A DNA stretch of 64,000 nt from Cystobasidiomycetes sp. EMM_F5 (Eukaryota): positions 124,001-188,000 of the forward strand of contig JBPGPT010000010.1 in assembly GCA_051047955.1 (NCBI GenBank). Reading direction: 5' to 3'. Numbering within the stretch: the first letter of the stretch is position 1; each line of letters starts with the position of its first letter. The position numbers and the translations under genes were made by a program. This document shows positions 17,456 through 30,674 of the stretch, one piece after another. The notes beneath the pieces are model-generated. The model worked only from the letters and a program-made list of their open reading frames with translations. It was not told the DNA's origin and searched no databases.

Positions 17456-19951
17456 TCATGTATGTTGGGCATTGGTATAGGGTTCGACGTTCTTCCGATA
17501 GACGGTCTGAAGCTCTTTAAGGTGGTTTTGAAACCATGGATGCTGGAGCGTTTCTTCAGCGGTGTAACGGCATCGTTCATCGGCGATGAGGTTTCGTATT
17601 ACATCGATAGCTGCACTGGTCTCAGTATGCGAGACTAGTGCCGCTACAAAATTTCACTGACCGTTTTTGTCTACGAACTTCAGTATTGGATGGCTTTCGA
17701 GTCGTAGATTCATATTCATGATCGCTGCCGACAAAGCGAGTTCGCTGGCATCGAGATGACCGTGCAGATCGGGTCGTAAGGCTGTTAAGGCGCGGACATC
17801 CGATGATGATGGATCTCGGTTGAAGTCTGTCGATAACACAATGCGCTCGATGCGAGTCGGAGTATTGTCGCTCATGCACCCGTCTTCGTCTTCGTCTTCG
17901 TTGTCGGAACAAACTTCGGGCCGTTCGAATGGCAATGTTCCGCTACGGACTGGATTAGACTAGGAGCCCATGTTCATTTGAGAGCGACTGACGTAAGTAG
18001 CATATAGATGCAGCATCCAAAGCCATACATATCAAGGCTTCGAGCATCGTAATCGCGCATGAACATTTCCGGCGCCCAGTAATCTATCGTGCCAACGATG
18101 TCGATCGATCGTTGTGCCGTTTCGTTCTGATAGCAATACGCCGCTCCGAAATCGCTTTCGTGAAGTATGGTCAGTCAGCACTCCGAGAAGGTTTTTAACC
18201 AGATAGTCATACGAGATCAGTACATGCGGGAAAGGACCATGGTCTCGCAACACGATGTTCTCCAGCTGCAATATGAGCATGAAGTGTCAGTTTTAAGCTC
18301 ATTACGATCAATCTGCAGGACCTTGATATCTATAATATATTTAGTATGGTGGTTAGATCATCAGGTACCCGTATGGTGCGCAGAGTACCGACCTCGATAC
18401 CCCACGCCATTGTCGTGGAGATACTGGCACGCAAAGAAATGTTCAGATATTCGAATAATAACGATTACGGCTGTGATCTACCTACTTGCAGTCCCTTCAG
18501 TATCTGGAAAGAGATAAATTTGGTTTCGGCACCCTCGAGATGGTTTCGCTGTACCAGATAATTGTGCAGATCTCCGCCCATCAGGCTGTCATCGGGAAAG
18601 AAGGAGTGAATAAATGACGTTTGTCACAAGTGCATACGTACAGATCCAAAAATACGTAGATGTTGTTTGCATCGGACACGCATTCTTGTAGGCTGCAAAT
18701 GTTGGGCTGAGAATGCAACGCAACAAAGTCAGGCGGGTAGAGTAAGCCGGATCAAGACGAAGCTAGGCATACGTGATTGACTTGTTGTAGTAGCTCTATC
18801 TCCCGCATAACGTTCGTCTTAGCTGTGTTCTTCATCACGTCCTTTAAACGCATTATCTTGCAAGCGGCCTGCAGCCTTGTTTTGCAATTCACTGCAACAA
18901 ACACAGTTGCGAAAGCGCCGCTGCCGACGAAGCGATGTTGGGCACGAGTATGTAATGGAACGATTCAAATGTATACGTACGTCCCCAATGTGCGATTTGT
19001 GATACGGTATCGGTTATAGTCATAGTCGCTGAAATCAAATCCTGTCCGATGTAATGAGAGTCGGTTATCGTGCTTGACTTTCTGCGTGTATGTAAAAACT
19101 GAGAGATTGCAATGTCAGCCGGCCACCAATTCCCTCTCATACGGAAGTGGAACACAATACCTTGGTTCGATATGGACAGGGTATCACCATCACTTAGAAT
19201 GACCGTGTTTTTCATTAAAAAGACTCGGTCGTTCCAGATCGTCCCGTTAGTCGAACGATCCTGTCGGTCAGTATCAGACGCAGAATGGCCTGGAGAACAT
19301 TTCGCTGGTATACCTGGTAGATTACGAGATCGTCATTAGTATCGTTCTCGGTCTAATATAGCTCACTTCATCAGTGTCGAAGCGTCAGTGTGCAGAATTA
19401 GCTTACGCACAACATGCAGCGAGCCATGAATGTTTGAGACGTGCTCTCTGTTTAACACGAAGTGGGCCGAACGATGTCTGCCAATGTTGAAGGGAAGCAG
19501 GCGTTTGTAGATTCGAATAGCTGTGTGAAACAGCGCCCATCAGCGTGGCACAATTCTAAGTGCGCAATGGCAGCCAACAATGCTTCTCGGAGCCAAAAAA
19601 GGTGACTAGACGCCCGACTTCATCCCGGTCGTACTCTTTCTGCTCCTTTAGCGGTGTTTGGGTGACGAAATCAGCTACTTCTGCGTGCTCCGGAATACTG
19701 CTTAGAGCGGTGGAATCCACTGGTGACACAGCAAGCGGACGCGTCTGTCCAGGTATCTGCCTCGTTGGCTTTGTAATTGGCGTTAACTTTTCTGGTTGTC
19801 GCTGCTGTTGAATGCGGGTCGGATGCAGTACGCGCTGGACTGCGGAGCTCTTTCGAGAAGGCTCAATACGCAGCGCTACATCATCGTCGTCCTGCAGAAT
19901 ACGTCTTCGCTTCCTGGCTCTGCCAGATTTAATACTGGATTTCAGCTTCAT
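17456..19951 (-). CDS. FHA-domain Ser/Thr protein kinase (Mek1/Chk2/Dun1 class), many short exons
   Basis: FHA motifs IGRHRSAHF...VSNIH and STNGT...ILSDGDTL. Kinase motifs VGSGAFATV, AACK, REIELL, GGDL, YRDIKLEN (spliced), DFG, VGTIDYWAPE, RYTAEETLQHPWF. Confidence 0.85.
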
Positions 19952-20043
19952 TGCTGCTAGATCCTTTCCACGTTGGCGAGACAGAAACCGCCAATCTTTG
20001 TAAATGTTGGAGATGGCTGATTTGGCTAAGAAAGGACCGCACA

Positions 20044-20763
20044 ATGAGCAGCTCTGCAAAAGATGTCCCTAGTCAACTCCGTACACCCTCTGCCATCGCT
20101 GCCGCTCATACTCACAGAGACCGCCTTCAACCGGTAGCCGGGTCAAGCAGTGGCACATCTGGCAACTTTAGGTCTGCAGCAAGTCAGCCCCGCAACGAAG
20201 CCTTCAATGCGTTTCTAGAAGGGAAACATCCAGAGTCTCCATCTTCTCCCACTCCCGAAAGCCTCGATACTGCAAGAATATTTGCGACATCGTGGACCGC
20301 TGAAGATCTCAGTGCACACCCATCTGATGGCGCAGATATCTTGCAATTGTTGAACGAAGAGAACGCTTTGGCAACAGTGAACGATCCCAACGAATCTCCT
20401 GACTTCAGCCCGTATGCATACACGTCCCACGAACGACATGCGGGAGTCTCGTTTGATCAAACAACGGCCCCATTCCTGTTTGAAGCGTTACGTCAGGATG
20501 ACGGTGAAGCCATCGTATCATATCTCCAGTCGACATCATATACAGATGACGTTTGGGGTTTGCCTGCGTCTCTGAAAAGTGCCCTTGACACTGTCAAATC
20601 CGCTTCGGCTTCGCAAGACTCTCGTCAAACAGCAATACAGCGCCTACAGCAGCTCCAGAGTCATTTGAGGATAGGCAGACCCTCCAGCTCCGCTGCTAAA
20701 GTCGGTACCTCCACATTTTCAGAGGCCGACTGGGAAACTATCTGGCGGCAATGGTCAAGTTGA
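20044..20763 (+). CDS. Hypothetical protein (single exon)
   Basis: 239-codon ORF from an ATG in good context (acaATG); ordered-looking segments DGADILQLL, YLQSTSYTDDVWGLP, AIQRLQQLQSHL; divergent from the kinase. Confidence 0.65.
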   Translation: MSSSAKDVPSQLRTPSAIAAAHTHRDRLQPVAGSSSGTSGNFRSAASQPRNEAFNAFLEGKHPESPSSPTPESLDTARIFATSWTAEDLSAHPSDGADILQLLNEENALATVNDPNESPDFSPYAYTSHERHAGVSFDQTTAPFLFEALRQDDGEAIVSYLQSTSYTDDVWGLPASLKSALDTVKSASASQDSRQTAIQRLQQLQSHLRIGRPSSSAAKVGTSTFSEADWETIWRQWSS

Positions 20764-21106
20764 GGTCGAGGCACCCACATCAAGCAGCGTAGACAAGGTC
20801 ATTTGTCACGAAAAGCATACTACTGCCAAAGCTTGGCGATGCATTATTATCTATCTCGCGGTCGTGTGGATGCTTAATACACAACATGGATGCTGTTGAT
20901 GTCAATGCGTGGCACTGCAACGTGTCTGTCTTTTCATGTATGATGTAACTGCCACTTCAAGATTACTAAATTAGCAAGTAGTGGATCGCGGTAACGTCGA
21001 GCCGTATCGCTCGACTCTCGCATGCGACAACGCTACTGCGGTGTGTGTTGGTATCCGGTGGCCGGCTGCTGTGCGAAGCATCTTAGCGGGACCACTCTAT
21101 ATTACG

Positions 21107-23011
21107 TCAAAACACAGCAAGACGTACGGGTAGCAAGTCCGACAATACGGGCGGCACGAAACGTGTCCCTTGCGCATTCCCGTGAGTCGAATATGCATCA
21201 GGATGTGCTGGATTGACGGGCAAAGTTGGATATGCAGCATGCTGCGGGACTGTTGTCTGTTGCTCGTAAGGGTAATATTGCTGCCCATAAGCTGTCGTGG
21301 GCATGGCGGGCGATGGCATGGTGTAATATGAACCTGGAGAACCGACATCTGCTGGAGGCTGGCTTTGCGAAGGGTAGCCTAGCACAACGCCTTGTCCATC
21401 GGTGGAATGCGATGGGGCGCCGGAAATATTCGAAAGAACTGGCGATTCGACTTTAACTATGGAGCCAGATCCAGATACGCAACGGGCTCCGGGCGCAGAC
21501 ATGGAGTGCATGCTCTCCGCTGCGCTGGCACGACGGGCATACTCTGCTCTCTGCTCAAAAGACCTTAAGGACGAGGCGGACGTCGGCGTAGCTGGAGACT
21601 GCATAGGGTACGGGGATGCAGCCTGCGAAGCCGGCAAAGAACCGGGAATGGGCTGAATGCGAAGTTGATGATAGTGTCGTGCATATGCCGGTTGGGCTTG
21701 TGCACCAGCATGATGATGCATTTCTATGGCAGATGGCATGTAGTGGGACGAAGTGCCGTATCTAGCGTATGGGTGTGGGTACTGCGGATGCGATTGTGGG
21801 TTGGATGACCGGGGATAGCCTGCATATCCATAGGCATAGGCCGAAGAAGAAGCTGCAGGAAGAGACGATGGTCCGCTCGTCAGCGGACGCGGCGGCGACC
21901 CTGTGCAAAATTAGGCAAACATCAGCGGGACCTCACATGGCTTTGTCTCAGCACAACTGACATTCTGACCACGATTCCCTCCGGTCGTATATGTCCGAGA
22001 CTGCTGAAGCTGACGCAGGTCGCGAATCTGGCTGATTCGTATAGTCTGGCGCTGCCATACCCATACCTGACGCAACGAGCGGCGGCGAAGACGGCCATGT
22101 CGCACTTTGAGGTGCGGAAGTAGACATGAGTGACTCATTACCGCCGTCGCTTCCATCTTGTGACGCTTGCCCGCCGCCTGCGACCGCTGCGCTTGCCATA
22201 GCTTGCAAGCGAGCGGATACTTGCACATTGGCGAAATCTGGAGTTTGCGATGGTGTCCGAAGCCGGCCACTCTGGACATCGTCGAGGCTGAAGTATGAGA
22301 TGACGTGGTACTGACCAACACACAGCGTCTTCTTGACGAGACCTTCCCTGGCGTATTGCGGCGATGTTATCAAGGAGGCAACGTACGGTTTTTCTGCAGC
22401 CGCAACATTGGGGTCGATAAGGGGCGCGCGACCTCCCAGAGCTGCTAAAGATAGGGCTTCTATCTGCTTCATGCTCGTTCCCCTGGGAACTTTGGTCGTC
22501 ATTTCTGTTTCAGCGAAGCAGGTTAGTCCGGCCGCACGGGCCTTTGCGTTGGGCAGCCGACTATGCGACGTACGCCTGTAAACAAAGAATGCACCGATCT
22601 GCCGCGATGGTGACCAGACAAGCTTGTCTGTCCATCTCTTCATCTGAAACACCAGGGCCATTGTCAGCCAGCCGGTCTGCTCACGCTAGAAATCAGCCAG
22701 AAGAGGCGCTGGCACAGACGTACATTGGCTTCCGCTTCGTTGAAAACGAACACTGCTCCCGAGCGGACAAGTCCATGCTCTCGATTATGTAGTCTTCTCC
22801 TGATTCTTCGGCAAAGGCCAAGATATGAGCCTTCGATGAGTAAGAGGGCATCTTCGGTCGTTGAAAGGTAACCTTGGAAAGTGGTGCAATCGTCGCTGAC
22901 TGCCATGGCGGCTGAGCTACGTGTGGGGGCGGAGGAAGGGGATGACAAAGATGCTATGGACGTCGGTCCGGGTACGTGTTGGCCGTATCCACCTGGTTCG
23001 ACCTGGTCCAT
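21107..23011 (-). CDS. WOPR (Gti1/Pac2, Wor1/Ryp1/Sge1 family) transcription factor
   Basis: TFQGYLSTTEDALLLIEG, RRLHNREHGLVRSGAVFVFNE, MKRWTDKLVWSPSR, GLVKKTL, YHVISYF...LRTPS, then a P/Q/Y/S-rich tail; 3 introns. Confidence 0.93.
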
Positions 23012-25241
23012 GTAGCCGACGACCAGACTGCTGAACTGCCTCTTTCTTTCCTTTACTAATGACAGACACCTGAGCTCCCTCTACTGATGGGAGACACCTG
23101 AGAAAATGTCCAATGCGTCTCTTCTTCGAATAAAGCGGCGCGCTGGATTCGCCAGGGTCGGTTATGGAGACTGCCGTAAAAAGTACTTTCCTACACTGAT
23201 CCTAAACGAATGACTGCCGACTATTATTCTGCTTGGTAGTAGTTGTACTTCACGTCATGCCTCTGGCCCGCATGGGTCGCGTTTCGATGTAGTGGTTGTG
23301 TAATTCAAGGCGCGATGGCCCGACCCTGTGCCGAAAGTAGTGGCGCCAAGGGTGTTGTCGCACGGATGTTTTGAAGAATGGGCGGCCTTGACAGCTCAGG
23401 ATACTTCTCAGCTGTCAGATTATGCGAGTAATCTTCCGTCTACTCTATCGATGCTTGACTTTGTCGCCTTTGCAAGGAAATGCTGGTGATGAGCAGAGGG
23501 CCCGGGGGGCACGCAAGTCTAATAAAACTTGTTCAAAAAATCAAAAACCCCGTATTCTTGCAGTATACCCTCGAACCGGTACGCTTCCAGACGTACCGAT
23601 GGCGGTCTTCTCTGTCTCGAGCTCTTCGCAATTCTGTCGGTCGCGCAAGCTTTGGACTTCGATGGCCTATGCGAGCCACGCTGGCTTTGGTCACCTATTC
23701 TAACGAGCGTGTAAGGTGGGGAAATTGGTTTTGTGCCGATTCATAGGTATCTCACCTCGGTATTGGTGTGCTTTCTCAGCAAATTACGCTCGGCATCTGC
23801 GAATTTCAGATACCGATAACACCTGGAATTACGGCGCAGCTGCAGTAGCACCAGCGATGTCCCGAGATTACACTGACTGATCTCGCACCGACTCCTTATG
23901 GACACGCGCGAGCGTGTACAGTGGGCGGGGCCACGCTCTGCGACCAATAAACGCGTCGAGTCGCTACTTCAGCGAACAAAACACAGATGGACGGCCAAGA
24001 CCCACACGTGCGGCTGAAGTCAGTTTGCGCACAAATTTCCAACTCTACCGACTGCACTTGCCGCGGTCCGTGTTAATGCGATGCGGTGGATTTTTCAGAT
24101 ATGCAGCCTCTATGCCGATCACGGCTCGGCTCGTGCAGATCAAAAGGCACGGCAATCAGTCGTATTCGATGCCCCTCTTGACGGTATCGTAGCGTCCTAG
24201 ACCTCTGCTCTATCCCTTTTGCGAAACACTCTGTCCTCGATTTGCGAACACACGATCCAGCTCCAATCCTGATTACGTGCGTTGAACACGCCACTTTACA
24301 GCCGTCAACGGTGCAGCTCGTGGGCTGAGACATCTCTCGCGTTCAACTGGGTCAACGGCTTCAGAAGTAGAACCACGCCCCAAGGACGGTTACTGTACTG
24401 CTGCAGTGCGGTCCCGGTATCATCTAGCAAGCCCGACACGACTTCTGCATGCGCAGCTTATGCCGTAGCCCAAGTCTTCATCCCTTCAACAACTGCCTGA
24501 GGATATTCTGACACTACATGCCTGCTGCGGCCTGCTTGACCCAAGTTCCAACTACTATTTGGTCTCTGCAATGCATGGTCCAGGCCTAGATTACACTTAA
24601 CGCGGTTTGCTGAGCGGCCCGCTATGCCGACGGAGTAATACGTGCGGGTCGACAGTTGCAGGACGCCTTAGTGACAACACCTGCGGCTCGGATTGAACAC
24701 CAAATCCGCGGTCCTGACCACGCGTGTTGGCGATGTTGCTGATAGAAAGCTGAAATCGCACCACGATAGCCAAGCCCAAGACCCAAACACTTCGGCATAT
24801 TTTCGGCGAAATCCTGAACTTGCGCGGAACCTACCGCAGTCGGCAGCATGGTAGGTCAACAGGATGCAGGCTCTGCGACGATTTCGGACGGCCAAATCGC
24901 CCTCGCGTTCGGTATGCAAAATCCCGGTATCATAAGGGATGAAGGCGTCTTTATGCGGATGAAGAACCATTTTAAAGATGTCGGGAGGCACTCGACCGAT
25001 TCTTGCTGATGCTTTTGCGCATGAATCGTATTGACATGTTGTACCCAGCTCAGGCATCATCGCGCATCTTGAGTCATAATAATCTCAGGATTCGGCCTGA
25101 CATACTACAGTCGCTTCAGGCAACAGCAATTGCAGTACAGACTTGCACTGGCAGGTCTTTCCGTGGCCTACTACTGCATGGCGCGCTTACAACATACGTA
25201 GTTCACAGGAACAGTAAGGCGTATCGTGTCGACTTTTCAAT

Positions 25242-26530
25242 TTAGAAAGAGACAGATCGCGGCTGCAAACGAGCGTCATGTAGCAGTGAAGCTCGCGCTG
25301 CGACTTCAAGATTCACGCGAACTACATTCGCAAGATAGGATACCATGAGCAGGTCCTAAGTGTCACAAAAGATTCAGTATGTCAGATTCAGTCATAATCC
25401 AACAATGGATCTCCAAACGACAGCCTTACCGCGAGATGAGTATTGAACTCCTCGTCGAATGAGGCTTTTGTGGATGTTGCGACGGGCACGGAAGCAAGAG
25501 CTTCCAAAAGGTATCGACCGACTCTAGCGTCACCCGCTTGTTGGCCATCGTTGACGGATTTGACATATGTAAGGACGGTATCAAGCATTGAGTTGACTTC
25601 TTGAAGCATGCCGCCTAGAGAAATCAATGGTGCAACAAGCTGCTGCGTATTTGACGATTGTGAGGCCGCATTGTCGGGTCGCATACTCGGCAAAGAGTGT
25701 TTGCTCAGGACTTCCACTGTGAATTCAAGCGGAGAATTAGCAGGATTAGATGTGCACACGTGAGAAGCACATACATCCGCTTTGCTCTGTTTTGGCAATC
25801 TTCATTTCGGTGCTCAGCGGAACGAATGTCCTGTTCGAGGACTCGGGCGCAAGGCCAAGTTTTGCGGCTGCGTAGGTTTTGATTTGCAGGGAGTTGACAT
25901 CGAGGGTGAGGTGTACCGGGGCAGCCGAAGATACTAACGGCCCAAGGCCTCCGAATTGAGGTGTACTTCCTCTCGATAAAGTCGCATATTCGTCGTGAAT
26001 GAGAGGTGTCCAGGAGTTCAGTTCGGGAGAGGTAGCATACCTGTGGCATATCTGCTCAGCGTTTCGAAACTCTGCAGATCGTCACTGTAGCCGTACCATC
26101 CGACCACACCGAGCGCTGGTGCAGCTTTTACGACAATGTCCAATTGCTGCCGTAAAGAGTCGGTATCGAGCAACAGCTTGCCGTCGACCTGTCCAAAGGG
26201 AACACCAAATGAGGATGCGATATTCACGTGGCCGGCCTGCAGCAATTGGGAGTTTAGGGAGAGTCAGCATCCTGATTTTGCAGTTCGATAGCCCAGGCCT
26301 GTCCATCCTTGCTGCAATTCGGACAGGCAGTCGTGTGACAGAGCCAGACGAACCTCGCTGCGAGTACCCATCAGCGTGCCTATAACGCGATCCTGCTCTT
26401 TTCCATCTGCTTCTCGTGGCCGCCTCAAGTGGTGGTCCAAAATTGATGCAACGGCCACGGGGTGGATCGTGACCAGACTTGGGATATCATAGTCTGCGGT
26501 GCCCGACAGCACCAGAGGTGTAATAGCCAT
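25242..26530 (-). CDS. EIF3F: Translation initiation factor eIF3 subunit F (MPN domain)
   Basis: VTIHPVAVASILDHHLRR...RVIGTLMG, SSFGVP, VVGW/YATS, VHLTLD, VGRYLLEAL...FNTHLA-DLLMVSYLAN; 4 introns. Confidence 0.9.
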
Positions 26531-26748
26531 GTTTGCAGGTTTGTAGGGATTGAAATTGACTGTCGTGTATGGCTTGTCAAATCTCGCTGCAATATCGATC
26601 ATGGCCTTAGGAGCGCACCGCGGTCAATCCGCTGATCTCTATGCGAGCTTGTTTCATGTAAGCTCATCCACAGATCGACTACAAGAACGAATGCTTCTAA
26701 GTTGCTGCGCCTTCCCAAGGAGGCCATGCTAAACTAACGTGGCGCAGG

Positions 26749-28497
26749 CTACTTCGTGACCTCGTGCAAAGACTGAGCCAAGTGCTTGACGTTGTCTTCC
26801 GTAACGCCTGCAACGGATATGCGGCCGTCACGAGTCAAGTATACGTGAAACTCAGTCTTGAGCCGCTCCACTTGTTCTGGAGTAATGCCCAAGAACGCAA
26901 ACATGCCTAGTGGGAGACGTAGAAGATCAGCTTGCCATGTTACAAAGTACTGAAATAGCACACACCGATTTGACTGGTAATGTGGTCCCAGTTACGTTTT
27001 GAGCCGAGATCGTTGACCAGCAGGTTGCGAAGAGTGCTCCTCATTCCAATGATGCGGTCGGCCATATGCTTGACTTCAGACAGCCATTGCGCATACAACT
27101 TCTCGTCTGCCAGAATCGAGCCAGCAATACGGGCGCCGTGCACTGGCGGATTGGAGTAAAGCGGTCGGACAAGAATCTTGAGCTGACTATCTACTCGCGC
27201 CTTCTCCTCCGCCGAGGTTGTAACGACACTGAAGGCACCGACGCGTTCTCCGTACAAGCCCATATTCTAGTGTGCGACGTCAATTATCAGTATGCTGACA
27301 AACAATATGGCACCAAATCGTACCTTGGCAAATGATTGGGAAAGGCAGATCGGGATGCCTTGCTCAACAAAGTACCGCGGCGCGAAGGCATCGCCATCAA
27401 CGTCACCAGATGCGAAGCCTTGGTATGCCATATCGAAATAGACAAAGTGATTGCGCTCCTGTTTGTTGACAAAGGTTTAGTGTTTGAACCTTCATCGAGG
27501 GCAGTACGGCATACCTTGACGGCGGCAGCAATCTCCTTCCATTGCTCCTTGGTAGGATCAACACCGGTTGGATTATGCGCACATGCATGCAACAAGATGA
27601 TGCTCTTCTCGGGCACCGTCTTGATATCTTCAAGCATGCCCTTAAAGTCGAGGCCAACCGTGTTTTTATCGTAATATCGGTACTGCTTGACATTCAGGCC
27701 AGAGTCCTTGAAGATGGGAATGTGGTTGCCCCAAGTCGGTGTCGGTAGGTAGATTTCCTTGCTGTGCTCGTAAAATCGTTGCAGGAAAGCTCCGCCGATA
27801 CGCAGAGCGCCAGTACCAGAAATGGATTGAGTAATGGCGATCTAAAAGTTGTTTGGTGATCCGTTATCAGTATACTGAACAGACTATATTGAGGGTAGAC
27901 TCACGGTGCCATCCTTTAACGGTTTGCTGTCCTTGCCGTACGCCAGAAGAGCTGCGTGTTTTGTGAATTCGGGATATCCGGTAATGGGGAGGTATTCCTT
28001 GTCATATTTAGCCTTGACGATAGCCTCTTCCGCCTGTGTAAATCATTGCAATCAGTCGAACGCCTAATAATGTTTTCACCCGATAGGCATCGGTAAATCC
28101 AGACTCAGCGTGAAGCCTTACCTGACGAACAGATGGCAGCACGAACGGCTTGCCCTTCTCATCGCGGTACGCTCCTACACCTAAGTTGATCTTGCGCGAA
28201 TCGGTATCGCGTTTGAAGGCCTCAGTGACACCTAGGCACGAGCGGTCATAGCGAAGTCATTCAGCGAGATTCGACCATTAACATAGTCAAGCAGAGCGCA
28301 TAGCGAAATGATGATGAGCACCATACAGCTAGTATGCCGTCGTTCCCGTTCGTTGACTCACCTAGGATTGGATCTGGAGGTCCAGCAGGTACATTCTGCC
28401 ATGTCGATACAAATGCACGGCCGGCAAACGCTGTTCGCGAGACTGCAGCCTTTGGAGCATGCACTGCATTTCGAACAGATATCCGTGCAAACATCAT
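26749..28497 (-). CDS. GOT2: Mitochondrial aspartate aminotransferase
   Basis: Presequence, then [81 protein letters not shown]. Confidence 0.96.
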
Positions 28498-29579
28498 GGG
28501 TTAGACTGCTTGGTGGGCAAATGCAGACGTGCACTGCCAAACGTTGCGCAATGCGGACACTCTGGGTCCGATTACATTATGGCCACCATATATATACACA
28601 CCCGACAACTGGCCAGCGCTTTCTGTCTTTTACGAAAGCTCTGGATCAAGATCATCTGTGTGTACTAAAGCAAAAAGATCGAGATGGCTGCTGATACTTC
28701 ACCAGAATTTCCTCATGCCTGGGTTGCTACCTCGAGCGTCACGGCAACAAGACTGCCAAAGCTCTTACCCAGGCCTCAGGCATTGAGACTAACGGGGTAT
28801 TACTAATTGTGCGCTGGCGAGCCAGTAACTACTCCGGTTATGGTTGCTAATTTGTTGCTCAGAGCCGAACCAGATCGATATTCGTACATCCATCCCTGGA
28901 AATTGGTGCACCGTGACTCGTCTGCCCCGTAACTTATGGCTAGCTGGCAGCGCATCGCGATTCGTCGTAGACTGCATAGCTGCGAAGGTCTGTTGCGCCT
29001 ATTATTAGTGAGAATCGATAATGAAGCATTCCAAAAGTGTTTGGCTTCTGCCAGCAACACTGCATGTCGAAACACGCCTCGAGTAGATTAGCCGTCAATC
29101 ACCGGTCAGATATATAGGTAGATTATCCACTATGCATCTGAATGCAACGCTCTGCCTCAGGTTCAGTCGACCTGCAGCGCCATGCAAAGCTGTCTCCGCA
29201 ATGCACTGAGAGACCGTTAACTCGGTGTAGGCGCAGCTGCAGGTGTTGGATGAAGTAGGTATGATTTGGCCTCGAGCGGACTACGGATACAGTCTATCAG
29301 TATTGAAGTCAGCTCGCCAACATAATCAGTACGAGAGAGGTAGACTGGTCTTTGTACAAGAGGAAGCTAGCAGGTGGGTATGGGAAGATTCACGAATAGT
29401 TAGTAGACAGAAGCATTGCTATCGTTGTCTGTCTATGACAAGCCTGTTGCCTTTGATTCGTTATCTTTTCAAATCCCGATCACCGCGTCATCGCTCTCGG
29501 GGTCCCCTCCGCTACGCTTTTGCTGGGCTCCCTCTCGCCGAAGCAACGCAGCAAACTCAGAAAGTACACAATCACAAAC

Positions 29580-30674
29580 ATGTCAGGACAGCCAATCTCC
29601 CAACAAGCAGCCAACTCTGCAAGCGCAGCAGCCTGTACGTTTCGAGTCCCCGCTTCAAACGAGGCAAGCGTTGAGAAAACTAGCTAATTCTATTCCCGTC
29701 ATAAATTTGACTTGCAAACAGCCCAAGCTGCGACTATCGCTCAGCAGACTGCCAACACCATCTCTGCAAAGGCCAACGAGATTTCGCACACCCAGACAGG
29801 CAAGGGTATCAGCGAGCACGGCGCCGTGAGTAAATTTGTGCCTGGAAAGACGTTAGCACCAAGCTAGCGCGACTGTCGAAAGCTGTACTGACGTTACCTT
29901 TCTGCTCTGCAACAGACACTGAGTGAGAAGGCAGAGACCCTGGCTACTCAAGCCGCTGAGAAGGCAGAGACCCTGGCCACTCAAGCTGCTGAACTCGCAA
30001 AAGGTGCGCATACGAACGAATGAATAGCTGATTCAGTCGACTCACGTTATCTACAGGTCTGTTCTCAAGCGCTTCCGAAAAGGCAGGCGAGGCTACTCGC
30101 TCCGCAAGCGCAACTGTAGGCCAACATTGACCCTTCTTTATTCACCATATGCTTACTGCGGGAATCGCAGCACGTCCCAGGATCTCAACAAACTATTGGT
30201 GGTCTCGTCAATGAGTCCAGGCAATTTATTGGAAAAGTCCTCGATACTGCCTCTCAGTGAGTTGTACACCGATAAATCGGCAACACTTTGATCTGACTTG
30301 GATTATCTGCTAGTACCATTGCTGTAGAGAAGCCAGTCTCTGCGACTGCTACTCCGGTTACCGGCGAGAAGGAATTTGCAGACAAGGCTTCAGACTTCCT
30401 TGATAGTGGTACGAACCCTCATTCTTGCCTGACCGTTCTTGCAAGCTGAATATTGTTCCACACTACAGCGCGCAATACCATCGCTGCTGGCTTGAAGAAG
30501 GCCGAAGATGTGGTGCTTCCATCGCCTACCACATCCGGCACTGTCGGCTCCATAAACTCATCTGTCGGAAGCACTGGCATTTCCAGTCCTGCTGGAGCAT
30601 CTGGCATTGCTGCCAATATCGGCACTCACGAGCCATACACTACGGATGTCATCGGAGTACCCAAGCATCAATGA
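29580..30674 (+). CDS. Small Ala/Thr/Ser/Gln-rich LEA/hydrophilin-like protein, 7 exons (not resolved by the ORF track)
   Basis: Manual splicing gives MSGQPISQQAANSASAAASQAATIAQQTANTISAKANE...TLSEKAETLATQAAEKAETLATQAAELAKG...VPKHQ*. All six introns are GT-AG and keep the frame; ATG in A-rich context. Confidence 0.7.
29925..29990 (+). repeat. 33-nt tandem repeat x2 encoding the 11-mer EKAETLATQAA
   Basis: gagaaggcagagaccctggctactcaagccgct / gagaaggcagagaccctggccactcaagctgct; the 2 differences are synonymous. Confidence 0.9.
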
